Assembly (NCBI RefSeq): GCF_018977255.1
Contig: NW_024704742.1
Location: forward strand, 59,460,001-59,524,000
DNA: 64,000 nt
DNA from: Callorhinchus milii
Lineage: Eukaryota
Direction of reading: 5' to 3'
Numbering within the stretch: position 1 is the first letter of the stretch; each line of letters opens with the position of its first letter. The translations under genes and the position numbers were made by a program. This document shows, in pieces, positions 1-11,734 of this stretch. Below the pieces are notes generated by a model. It saw only the letters and a program-made list of their open reading frames with translations. It made no database searches and was not told the origin of the DNA.

Positions 1-2929
1 GTCCCCATGCAGTGCATATCATTCTCTGGCCAAAACTGCCAGGAGAGGGGCCCAAAGGTCTCTGCTATGTAATTGGCAGCTGGGAGGCACAGAGGCTTGT
101 GTGGGTTGACGTGTTTCCTTTAATTCTTGTGGCAGAGGCTGTTGCATTGGCTCAATGCCCCAGCTCACTGTTGTGTTACTGCTAACACTGATGCACTCTC
201 TCTATTTCAGTCCCCTCATTCAGCAAGTTGAGGAAGTAGAACATCACTGCAATGAACACTCAATCATGACAATTTAAGCTAGAATTGTATACATAGTTAT
301 GTGTTATTAAATCCACAGTAAAATTGACAATTTAAAGGAGCACCGTCTGTCACAAAAAAATTGACAGCTTTCTTTTCTTTTGTTTACATCACATTAGGGT
401 CTGAAATACATTAACGTCTGATTGTATTCCTTGCAGTATGAAAGTGGGATTACTCTCTCATGAAAACACTACCCTTTAAAACTGGGTCCACAGTAAACGA
501 TTAAAATGCATTCTTTGTGTGACCCGGGACCTGTGTGGGTTTGTGCAATCAAAGCTTTGCACCATAGAGTGATCGGACACAGATTCTTGCCCGTGGAAAA
601 ACTCATAGCTCAGGCCTTTGACCTATTTTGGGTGAAGCGGCAAAGCATGAAGGTAAGAAGGCAACAAAAGGGATGAAATGATATGGGCACACAAACACAC
701 TCACATACACGGAACCTACAACGACAGTTCAGACACTTCAGAGATATAGCATGTGACTGTGTTGTCAATCAGGCTTGCACAGCTTGGTTTTACAATCAAT
801 AATGTGGTCTACTAGGACTTGTGAATAGTTGTGAATCCCTGAGCTGATGAAACCCATTGTGAAATTGGGTCTGAAAGGAACTTCATAACCAGTTTGGCAC
901 TGTGTAATCAGCTGAATTCAGTATAGAGTTATTTATAAATTACATTTGTTCCCTTTATTAATTAATGTCAATCTCAACCTTAAATAAAAGATGTACACTC
1001 TAACCTAGATTAGCAAGACAAACAGAGACAATATAAAGTCAGTCCTATCGGTAGTTTTTCTATGAACAGGTTTCAATATGAATACACTCCACCCTTATTA
1101 TAACTGTAGCTGAAAGCCAAGCATTTTGCAAGTTGCAACAAAGTGCGTGTTACAGTAAATTCTTTTACAACACAGCACAAAATCAAACCATGAAGCATAT
1201 AGTCAGCCAAAGTCCAGCAAGCGAGAGAAAGCATTACAAATAAAACACTTATAATGAGGAAGGGGGTGTAACTTTTGTTTCAGTTGGTTCACTCCAACAG
1301 CTCAAAACCAACATCCCTGCAGCTTTCTTCATCCTTTAACAAGCATCAATTTGCCTTTTGGAAAAGTAAGAATCAATTTCAAGTTATTAAATCAGAATAA
1401 TGATCTCCTTTTCACGGTGATAGTTTCCAACATAACTTTCGAAGGATCTTGCATTAAAATGGGATCTATATATTAAAAGTAAAGGAAAGTTTCACAAATT
1501 GATACATCATCTGGTACATTCAAGTGCAGAAATGTCTGAATTCCCATTGACAGCAACAGAAAACAAACTGTTACACTGTACTTTTGACAGGTTTAAATGT
1601 GAAAATGCATCATCCCCGAGAGATATTCTTGCGTGTTACTTTCAATTATGTAATACCTCACAATTCTTAACACCAGTAATGTAATCCTACTTATTGTGGA
1701 GATGTCACTGACCTCAACTGACATAATCCCATTTATAGCCTGATTAAATGCCTGTTGAAAAACTGAACACTGTGCACAATGGAAATAACGTCCCCATTTG
1801 CTTTTAGCATGCTTTTGTTTGTGTCAAGATGCATTTTGTGAACAATTCCTTCTTCCAGGACTACAAATCCAACCACTGTACACCACGTCTGTAAATCACA
1901 TTGCTAATTCCTGGAATCCACAATCACATTTCCCACAACCAATGTCACTGACTGATACTAAAAATAATCGGTAGAAAAGAGGATGATAACAATTATGATA
2001 ATGATGATCTATTGAGGAGAAAGATAATGAGGACCAAAATTACGAAGGATAAAGATGTCATTAAAGACAAGGAAATAGACTAGGAACACTGGAAGATGAT
2101 GAATCAAAGTGTGACACTGTTTAATGGAAGTGCTATGCACGTGAGCAGCAAGTGTGAATGCTTTCTGTAACGTCTGCCTGTGACATTATGCACTACACAA
2201 TGAGTGCCATTGGAATGTATGTGAAGTTCACCGCAGCATAAACAGTCTCCACAAAGGTTCTCTTCTACTGGTCCCTACACCGTCGAATAATAAGCTGCGA
2301 TTTGATCTGACAGGCTACCAGCTGCAGCATAGGATCAGATTCCCTGGCTAAAAAAAAGACTGGGTCAATATCAAAATGTTAATAGATCTGACTGATCACA
2401 TAAAATGGAAGATAAACTTGTTGTATGAGCATTATAATGAATGACAGTCTGGGTAATAAGGATGCTTGTTACATTTGATAGAACTCACTTGATCCTTAGT
2501 CCCCTGTGAATAAGATCACAATCCCCATTTGCGCAGTGTAATTCAGGATCACACAATGAGTTGTTCATTTTTAACCATTTATATCAACGTGCTTTCCGTA
2601 TTCAGCAACCAATTAATCAAATAATGAAGGGATGACAAGTCAAACATCTATTTGATTAATTCAAATCTAAACTCTCTTATAAGACAGCTACATATTGGGT
2701 TGGACTACTTATATACTTCATATCCAATACGTATCAGTTCAGGTGGCAGGAATTTTGAAAAACAAACTATCCTATAGATGCATATTCGAGTGCACAATTT
2801 TACAGAATTTTGTGCGAACAACCAGATGTGTTTATTTGCTTCAAGAGAGGATTAGACGAAAAAGGCCTTTTGCCCATTTAATCTCTTTTCAAAATACATA
2901 CCTTAATCCAGGGAATTGCTGACGACAGT

Positions 2930-3220
2930 CATAGACCCTTAGAATCGCAAAGATTTACAGCACATTAGGCCATTTGGCCCATTATGTCTGTGCTGGCTCC
3001 CTCAAGAGCAATCCTTTCAGTCTCATTTTCATGATGTTTCTCCATACCCCTGTAGCAAACACTTTTTAAGATATTTATTCAGTTTCCTCTTGAAAACCAA
3101 TAGGGATTTTGCCTCAACTACTGCTTCCCAGCAGGATATTCTATATCCTAACTACTCTATGCATGAAATAAATTCTCCTATCCTCCCCATTTGCTTGTTC
3201 ACTAACTATCTTAAATTGAT
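2930..3220 (-). mobile_element. Old CR1 LINE 3' end fragment
   Basis: Resembles the 3' UTR and ORF2 C-terminus of the CR1 at 13227 (catag...tacagcaca...ggccatttggccca, then gaaataaattctcc). Confidence 0.7.
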
Positions 3221-3345
3221 AATAATTTATTTTTATTAATAATAATAATTGATAATAATATGCCCAGCCTGACTGGCTCATCAGCAGGAGTTGGAAGGGC
3301 AGATAAGTCACTGGTGGTAGGGATTCTTCCCACTCAGCTTCCATT

Positions 3346-3455
3346 ATAATAATCCTTGCATTTGATACAGCACCTTATCACGTCATTGAGACGTATTAAG
3401 GAGCTTCACAGGATATACTGTAAAGTAGATTGACTGTATTTTGTGCGTGAAACTA
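3346..3455 (-). mobile_element. 5'-truncated SINE tail (TCAAT-loop subfamily)
   Basis: ataataatccttgcatttgatacagc...cacgtcattgagacgt...tactgtaaagt matches the tail of the full SINE copies in this window. Confidence 0.75.
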
Positions 3456-4082
3456 GCATTTGGCAAGAGATGGAATGATGAAAAGTGAATGATTTGTATG
3501 AATAGTAATGCTTACGATAATTATAGTCTTAAAGGCAAGTATACTGGGTGGGAAGGAGTAGGAGGAAATTCTTTGGAAGGTGTTGAGTTTATTGACAACA
3601 CACTGTTTAAAAAGATGATAAACTCTCAAGTATAAAGAGCTAAAGTATAAAGAAAGTTTAAAGTAACTCGATAGTCTTCAAATTAGTCACGTGAGCTTTC
3701 ATTAAATTATTTATATATGTATACTCATGATTAATCCTCTTTTATTCTTACAAGAAAATAAGATTAAAGGACATAAATGGCAGTGACTGAAAGGTAAATT
3801 TGGAACAGTGATCAGGAAACAGGTCCAAGAAAGGTAAGAGAGACAATGCAATTACTCATTCAAAGTGCTGTTGAGAACCGTTAATTAAATTCATTTTAAT
3901 TAAAAATATTTTTAATCGGTTAATAGATGCCACTGTGAAATTATACAGAATTACACAGTATCTATGGCACCGAAGTAAGCTATGTGACCCAACTCATCCA
4001 TGCCAGTATTTATACTCCAATTTGAGCCTCCACCCTCCCCACATATACATTGATGTCATTCTTTCTCATGTATGGATTGAAT

Positions 4083-5610
4083 AATAAGAACATAAGAACA
4101 TAAGAATTAGGAGCAGGAGTAGGCCAATCGGCCTCTCGAGCCTGCCCCGCCATTTGATAAGATCATGGCTGATCTTCTGACCTAACTCTAATTGCCTGCC
4201 CTGTCCCCATATCCCCTAATCCCTCTATTTTTTTAAATCTATCAGTCTCAGCCTTGAAGATGTTCAAGGACTGAGAATCTATAGCCTTCTGGGGTAGTGA
4301 ATTCCATAAATTCACTACACTCTGAGTGAAGAAATGTTTCCTCAACTCTGTTCTAAAAGGCTGACCCTTAATTTTAAGACTGTGACCCCTGGTTATAGAT
4401 TCTCCTACCAGAGGAAACAGTCCCTCAGTGTCTACTTTATCCAGCCCTTTAAGAATCTTATATGTTTCAATACGATCTCCCCTAATTCTTCTGTACTCTA
4501 GAGAATATAGCCCTTGTTTATTCAGCCTATCCTCATAGGTCAGTCCCCTCATCCCAGGAAGTAACCGAGTGAATCTATGCCGCACCCCCTCTAGGGCAAG
4601 TATGACCTTTTTTAAATAAGGAGACCAAAACTGCACACAATACTCTAGGTGCGGTCTCACCAAGGCCCTATACAGTTGCAGCAAGACTTCCCTACTCTTG
4701 TACTCTAAACCTTTTGCAATGAACGCTAACATGCCGTTCGCCTTCTTAGTTGCTGCTGCACCTGCAAACTAACTTTTTGAGACTGGTGTACAAGGACACC
4801 CAAATCCCTCTGAACACTAACACTATCTAATCTCTCCCCCTCTAGAAAATAATCTGTTTTTCTATTTTTTCTACCTAGGTGAATAACTTCACACTTCCCC
4901 ACATTAAATTCCATCTGCCACCTACTCGCCCAATCCCCTAGCCTATCTATATCCCGTTGCAATCTTTTTGCATCATCCTCAGAGCTTACTCTCCCACCTA
5001 GTTTAGTGTCATCCGCAAATTTAGATACGTTACATTCAATGTCCTCGTCTAGATCATTGATGTAAATTGTAAATAGCTGAGGCCCAAGCACTGATCCTTG
5101 TGGCACTCCACTAGTCACATCCTGCCAATTCGAGAATGACCCGTTTATCCCTACTCTCTGTTTTCTACCCATTAGCCACTCTTCAATCCATGCTAATATG
5201 TTCCCATTAATTCCGTGGGCCTTAACCTTGTGCAATAGCCTTTTATGTGGCACTTTGTCAAAATGCCTTTTTAAAATCTAAATATACTACATCTACTGGT
5301 TCCCCCCTATCTAACCTACTAGATACATCTTCAAAAAACTCTAAAAGATTAGTTAAGCATGACTTCCCTTTTGTAAAGCCATGTTGACTCTGCCTAATCT
5401 TGTTATGGTCTTCCAGGAATCCCATAACGACATCTTTAATTAAGGACTCAAGAATTTTCCCTACCACTGATGTCAGACTAACTGGTCTATAGTTCCCCAT
5501 CTTTTCTCTCCCACCCTTCTTAAATAGTGGTGTTACGTTTGCAATCTTCCAATCAATGGGAACCGTTCCGGAATCTAGAGAATTTTGGAAGATCAAAGAC
5601 AAGCCATCCA
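4083..5610 (-). mobile_element. Young 5'-truncated CR1 LINE: RT domain of ORF2 plus 3' UTR
   Basis: Three consecutive ORFs (5258-5611, 4726-5253, 4163-4732) give [50 protein letters not shown] and TRGHSLKI; 8-bp tandem tail (ataagaac)n at ~4083-4106. Confidence 0.95.
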
Positions 5611-6287
5611 CAACATGATTCTAATGATGCCAGAAAGGGTATTATGGAACTCAGATGCAAGAATTTCTTAACAGTTGAGTCATACCAAATGAATGTCTGC
5701 AATCTGTCCTAGATTTTTCATTAAGAATCAAGCCAAAGCAATGAAACATAAAGGACATTTCACCAGCAAGATTCAAAGGATATACAGAAACAAGTCAAGA
5801 AGAAATAATTATTTGCAGAAATGTTTCACACCATTTGTAGTGGGAAAATATCTGTACCTAGAATTTGGCTTTTAAGTGATCAAATATAAAAATAACTAAT
5901 AAAATTGAAGTGGTGGTAAACCAGAAGAAAAATACTATTTGCTTTCATATATGCTATGGTTTTTATTTTCAGATATGACAAGACTGCGGGAGAAGAGAGC
6001 ACAGGTTGCAAAGGGCAATTTTAAACCGGACACCAAAATGGATTTCTTTGCTTGGAGGATGAGACGTTTAATAATATATTAATATTAATCCTTACATTTG
6101 GTATAGGGTCTTACCAAGTCACCAAGATATCTCAAAATGGTTCACAGGATATACTATGAAGTGGATTGACTGTGTTTTTTGTGGGCGAAACCCGGCAGAC
6201 AGTTTTGCACACAACTGACACATGTTAAACCGGGATCTCGACCGCCTGTTCAAGTGGACATTAAAAGATTCAATTGCACTATTCGAA

Positions 6288-6520
6288 AACAACAACTTGC
6301 ATCTATATAGCATCCTTCATGTAGGATAATGCCTTGGAGCAATTCACAAGGGTGGAGTTGGGAACTGAGTAAGGACCGAGGAGAGGATGGAAGAGAATGG
6401 CTGGAGTTGACTTGAGGTGCAGTCGAAGGGATAGCTTTATTAGTGGGTTTTTAAAACCGATAGAGAGGGTGTAGATGGATAGGGTAGAGCTAGGGAGCTC
6501 CAAAAGTTAGGGATGTAGTT
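6288..6520 (-). mobile_element. Old L2-type 3' end, next to SINE fragments at ~6085-6285
   Basis: (aac)n tail followed by ttgcatctatatagcatccttca; a similar end occurs at ~46445-46520. Confidence 0.55.
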
Positions 6521-6723
6521 GCTAGAGTTGTTTGTACAGATCATAGATTTTATATCTCTATTGTAAATAATGAGTTATACAGCCCATTTGAGTGATTTAA
6601 AACAAGTATAATGGAAAAGGAAGCCAGGCAAGTAATTTATATTAAACTATTTGATAACATTCAGTGCAACTGAATCATATCTAAGGTGTACATCACTTAT
6701 TGATAGATCTAAATCATCTAAGT

Positions 6724-6900
6724 AATAATCATAATAATCCTTGCATTTGATATAGCACCTCATCATGTCATTGAGACATCTCAAAGCAGTTCACAGAATA
6801 TACTGTAAAGGGGATTGACTGTGTATTTTGTGGACGAAACACAGCAGCCATTTGCGCACAGTAGTCTCCCACAAACAGTCGTGGATTTAATGACAATGTT
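6724..6900 (-). mobile_element. 5'-truncated SINE (Deu-like 3' part plus L2-like tail)
   Basis: (aat)n tail, ccttgcatttgatatagc and gcagccatttgcgcacag...cccacaaacagtcgtgga motifs. Confidence 0.85.
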
Positions 6901-7711
6901 TTTTGTAAAAGTAAGTACAACACATGAGAAAAGGTTAGGAATAAGGCATATATAATTTAGTTGTTAGATGAATACTGACAATTGCACCCAGCATTAAATA
7001 ATGAACCATTCTTCTTTATTTGGTTCTGCTCCACACACTATGGGTACTCCTCACTTGACAGTGCCTAACAATGAATTGAGAAGGAACCAATCTGTCTGGG
7101 TTCCAGAGCACAATTGAGTACAATTGCCAAACTCCATGTCTTTCTTAGTGTTTAAGTTTGCAGTAGCAGCTGGGAGTGTGCATGAGCAGCTCCAATTTCC
7201 TAACTTTCAGATGTCATGTTGAATATAATTGCAAAATGCAGCTGACCAGCCATTGAACTGCTCCCTATGCAGAAAATCCAAGATTTTGGTCCCAGAGGAA
7301 ACAAATATCTGCCAGATACAACAAGTTCAATTGATATAGGAGTCAAGTCCTGGATGACAATACCCCAGTTGTGACCACCTTCCATTCAGTGCCATACCAG
7401 ACACAGACTACAATAGGGACTTGTAATCTCTAGCCCAATATAAGAGAAACAAAACCCTCCAGTGTTTTAACCACTGTGCCCAACAATGCCATATGGCTAG
7501 CACCAGGAGAAAGCAAGAAACCTGGCAGCCCTTCATTTTCTCTGTTTCCAGCAGATGGAAAATTGTGTTACCTCTGGCAGTATCGTTCCTCACAACTGCC
7601 ACTGGAAAACAAAATGACACTCTATTGTTCAATAGACTTTATAAACTATTTGATGCACTATCTGTACTTTGTTTTGTGGCAATTATTTGCTGATCTAAAA
7701 ATAAACCAGTT

Positions 7712-8039
7712 TATAATAATAATAATAATAATAATAATCCTTGCATTTGATATAGCGCTTTTCACGTCGGGAGGACGTCCCAAAGCGCTTCACAGAACAC
7801 ACTGTAAAGTGAATTGACTGTATATTTGTGGGCCAACGCGGCAGCCAATTGCGCACAGCAATGTCCCACAAACAGTCGTAGATTGGAAATGACCAATTTA
7901 TTATTGTTTTTGGTTTTGGAGGGATTATTATTAGGTGTGTGGAGTAAGGAAACTTGCCCAAGGTTTCGCCCTGCCTGGAATTGAACCCAGGTCTCTCACT
8001 TGCAAAGTGAGTGCTCTAACCACTGAGCTACAGGACTCC
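7712..8039 (-). mobile_element. Full-length young tRNA-Ala-derived SINE, short subfamily
   Basis: Reverse complement reads GGAGTCCTGTAGCTCAGTGGTTAGAGC (A box), anticodon arm CTCAC-TT-TGC-AA-GTGAG, GGTTCAATTCC (B box), Deu-like block, L2-like stem-loop and (ATT)n tail. Confidence 0.93.
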
Positions 8040-8482
8040 AACCCCAGGGACCACACAAAAACAATGAAACATTTTCTATAATTGGCCAACATTGTAGTTT
8101 TACAATTATGTTGCAGCAGTCCTTTATGTTTCTAGCTAACTTTGTAGAAAATTTGTAAGATAACTGCTATACATAGTGGTTTTTAATAATTTTCAACTTT
8201 GCCTTTACTGGTGAGAGCTTCCTTGGTTTAAGAATCAGTATCAAGTTTCCTCATTACGATTCTAATTCTAAGAATTGTTTAATAAATAAATTTCATTCAT
8301 CCCATCTCACTCTCTATTGTGCATGTATTTTATTATTTTCATTGCCTATTTAATTTCCACAAAAATTTCAGTGCAAAAGAAAAGAAAATGTTGATGCTGT
8401 GAAATATAGTTTTGGTTGTAGCTGGTTCAACTAATGAACCAATTAAATTTTGATAGGTAAACACGCAGGTATGTTAATCAAA

Positions 8483-8520
8483 TATAGACTGAAGCTTAAA
8501 GTATAGACTGAAGTTTAAAG
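8483..8520. repeat. 19-bp tandem duplication
   Basis: tatagactgaagcttaaag / tatagactgaagtttaaag. Confidence 0.8.
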
Positions 8521-9679
8521 TATTCGTATCAGATTCATATCACATCTAATGCAGCTGTGTTCTGGCTGTTAGCATGGAAATGTGCAAGCAAGTCAAATAC
8601 ATAAAATGTTTCCACAAGCAGAAATTAATAGCTTGAAAGTTGATCAAATACACACTGTATTGGAGGAGAAATTTGTTAGTTTCTGTTCCCTGGGCAGGCA
8701 CATGGTATTCAATTAAAGGTGAAGGTTAGTCTCTGGAGAGGACTATATTTCCAATGTTCTCCTTTCCCCGTTATCGAAAAAAAATACACTTGTTAAATAT
8801 TATACTTGCATTTGGAGGATCCTCAGGATCCACATCCTCAGCCTCAAGGGCAACTGAATCACTTACACTTGGGAGCTGGTGCAGTCTCTTGTTTCACCCA
8901 GGATGTGCAAAGAGCACATCCTGTCAAACTAAATGGTCATCCTCTAGGACATTTATGGATCATGCCCGTAACTACTGTAGCATAATCATCATCCACCACA
9001 GGACCAGGCTTGATCAAGGTCCTTAATCCTCTCTGTTGGTGCATTTTTGTCATTGTTACCTCTCTGTCATACATCGTTACCGCTCTCTCTTTACTTTATT
9101 TCCTTTTTTACTCCCTGTTTGATTTTATTGGATAGCATAGTCATCTGCCACATCTGCCTACACATCAACATTCACTACACTAAGGAATATAGGGAAAAAA
9201 AGAGTTTAACGTTAGTTTACTATGCAAATTCCACTTTTTTAGATCTGTCTTAAACCACCACTAATTTACGGCTGGTATATAATAATACTTATGATAATCT
9301 TTGCCTTGATATAGAGCTTATCACATCTTCGAAAGGACTAGTATGGCAATTTTCCCAACAGGATAAGTGCCTTTACCGCTGCAACAAAAACTTGCCTTCA
9401 TCAAGCACCCTTCATGCAGGATAGCAGCTCAGAATTCTGCACAGTGGCGGGGTTGAACGTTGAACAAGGGAGAAGGGTGAAGGAAAGGTAACCATGGGGG
9501 GGCGCTTGGGGCTGAAGAGGTAGGTCTTCAGGTCAGATCTAAAGGTAGACAAAGAGTGAGTCAGGCTGAGAGATTGAGGCAGGGATTTCCAGAGGTTTAG
9601 TGTATTAAGTAAGTAAAACATAAATGTTTTGACCTATTTGCCTTCAGACATAAATCTCTCCCTCTCTCGCAGAAAAATG

Positions 9680-11313
9680 TCAGTTCTGTGGGCCCATATG
9701 AAACCCACCACCTCCTCCCTCGATCTCTTCCCTACCCCTCTACTTGTCTCTCATCTCCGCCTCCTTGCCCCTCCACTCACAGACATCATCAACCTCTCCT
9801 TGTCTACTGGCATCATTCCAACTCCCTTAAAAACAGCCGTCATCACACCTGTCCTCAAAAAACCTTTCCTGGACCCATTGTTGCTGTCTAATTATCTGCA
9901 ATCTCCAACATCCCTTTCTTTTCCAAGGTCCTGGAATAAGTTGTAGCTTCCCACCTTCGCTTTTTCCTCTCCCGCCATTCCCTTCAGGATTCCCTCCAAT
10001 CGGGTTTCCGTGCTGTCCACACGTTACAAATAACTGTGACCCTCAATCTTGCTTGACCTCTCTGCTGCCTTTGACACCTTTGACCACTCTATCCTTCTCC
10101 AGCACCTCGCCGCTCACCTCAACTTTCATGGTTCTGTCCTTGACTGGTTCAGATCCTACCTCTCATACTTTCTCCACTTTGTCTCCAAAAACAACTTCTC
10201 CTCCAGCCTGCGCACCGTGTTGTGTACTCTGACATTGGTCCTCTCCTCTTCATCATGTACATACTCCCACTTGGTGACATCATCCTCAGACATGGAGTCA
10301 ACTTCCACACATAATCTGATGACATCCAACTCTATCTCTTTGCCTTCACCGTCAACTCCAGGACCACAGCTGTGCTGACAGAATGTCTGTCTGACATCAA
10401 CAACAACAACAACAAATTACATTTGTATAGCGCCTTTCACATCAGAAGAACATCCCAAGGTGCTGACATCAAATCTTGGATGAGAGCTAACTTGCTCCAG
10501 CTGAATGTCAACAAGACTAAGGACCTGCTGATTGGCTCCCATCAGCATCTCCACAGCTCAAGCACTGGCAGCATCACCATCCAAGGATGCGCACTCCACC
10601 TTACTAAGCCAGTCTGGAACCTTGGCGTCTTGTTTGATCTTCAACTCTCCTTTTTACCCCACATCTGCACCATGTCCCGCTCTGCCTTCCCCCACCTCCG
10701 CAACATCGCCTGACTCCACCACTGTCTTACATTGCAGGCCGCCGAAACCCTCATACATGCATTTATCACATCTCAGCTCGTCTTCGCCAACTACAACTGA
10801 TCATCCAGATCTCTGCAGCTCGTGTCCTTTTCCGCACCAGGCTCCATTACCCTATCACCTCCACCCTCGCCCCCTCCATTGGCTCTCCATCCTCCAGAGG
10901 ATAGAGTTCAAAATCCTCTTCCTTGCCTTCAATGTTCTCCACCACCTTGCTCCTTCCTATCTCCGTGACCTGCTAACCTCGTATCAAACCCCAACTCCCT
11001 TCAGCCTGCTCCACATCCCCCGCCCAGCCCTCCCCACCATCAGCAGTTGGGCCTTCAGCCTCTCTGCCACCATCCTTTGGAACTCCATCCCACAGTCCCT
11101 TCGCCTTGCCCCCTTTCTTGTCTCCTTCAAGACATATCTCAAGACCCCCCTTTTCAACCGTGCCTCGGCCACCTTCCTATGCTACCCTCCCTACCCTCCA
11201 CCACACTGAACCCAATCCCCTGATTGGGTCCAAATCCCTAAATGTCTAGTGTCTTGCGAAGTTCTCCCAAAGTGAAAGCCACTTTACAAATGTAATTTGT
11301 TGTTTTTGTTGTT
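9680..11313 (+). mobile_element. Degenerate L2 LINE, ORF2 RT region to 3' tail
   Basis: Fragmented peptides [41 protein letters not shown] and LHWLSILQRIEFKIL; (gtt)n tail at ~11297-11313. Confidence 0.9.
10401..10462 (-). mobile_element. 62-bp L2 3' tail inserted in opposite orientation into the L2, with 10-bp TSD
   Basis: ctgacatcaa at 10391-10400 and 10463-10472 flanks (caa)n-attacatttgtatagcgcctttcac. Confidence 0.88.
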
Positions 11314-11734
11314 GGTTCAGCAACTTATATTCAGATCTTCCTCTGCCTAGGCATCTTTTTGCACAGAGTTATGTCCCACATTTATCTTATTGGCCTTGAG
11401 GAGAGATAGGCTCAGATGAGTAACAGCGAGCAAAATATTGATGATACATTTCATAGCACAGCTGCTATTGATGAGAAATGTACTGGGCTAAGGAAATTAG
11501 AAATCAGTACACCATAGATCCCTGGTTCACATTTCCTAGACCTTAAAAATGCTGGGGATGTTTATCATTCTTGAAATACATAACTTCTGTAAGAAGTCAT
11601 TAAACAATATTAACTTTGAAACCAGAACAGCTTGTCTGCTTTCAAACAAAACCAGTTAATTTATTTTGACTCAAAAGCATCTCCTTGAAATGCCTGAATA
11701 AACAAGTATTATTTGGCTGTGTTCTCAGTACTCT

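Noticed and set aside
1..80. Weak resemblance to the LF-SINE body on the minus strand
   Set aside because: Too short and diverged to support without a profile search.
332..479. TTAAAGG...CCTTTAA Kolobok-like MITE
   Set aside because: Complementarity does not extend beyond about 8 bp, which is compatible with chance in AT-rich DNA.
520..660. Possible exon ending AAG|gtaaga
   Set aside because: No supported acceptor, partner exons or recognisable peptide.
1975..2200. Acidic and Cys-containing short frames suggesting a DNA-transposon relic
   Set aside because: Interrupted by stops, with no motif I can assign confidently.
5962..6065. Possible exon after the strong acceptor ttttattttcag
   Set aside because: The downstream sequence resembles the CR1 ORF2 C-terminus (KGNFKPD..., compare 44840) and there is no good donor site.
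7994..8012. Apparent compensatory change in the SINE anticodon stem (CTCAC/GTGAG versus CTCGC/GCGAG)
   Set aside because: Both changes are ordinary CpG transitions, so they are not evidence of selection.
8900..8924. 10-bp hairpins here (caggatgtgc/gcacatcctg) and at 18331-18355
   Set aside because: Stems of this length can occur by chance in 64 kb, and there is no supporting context.
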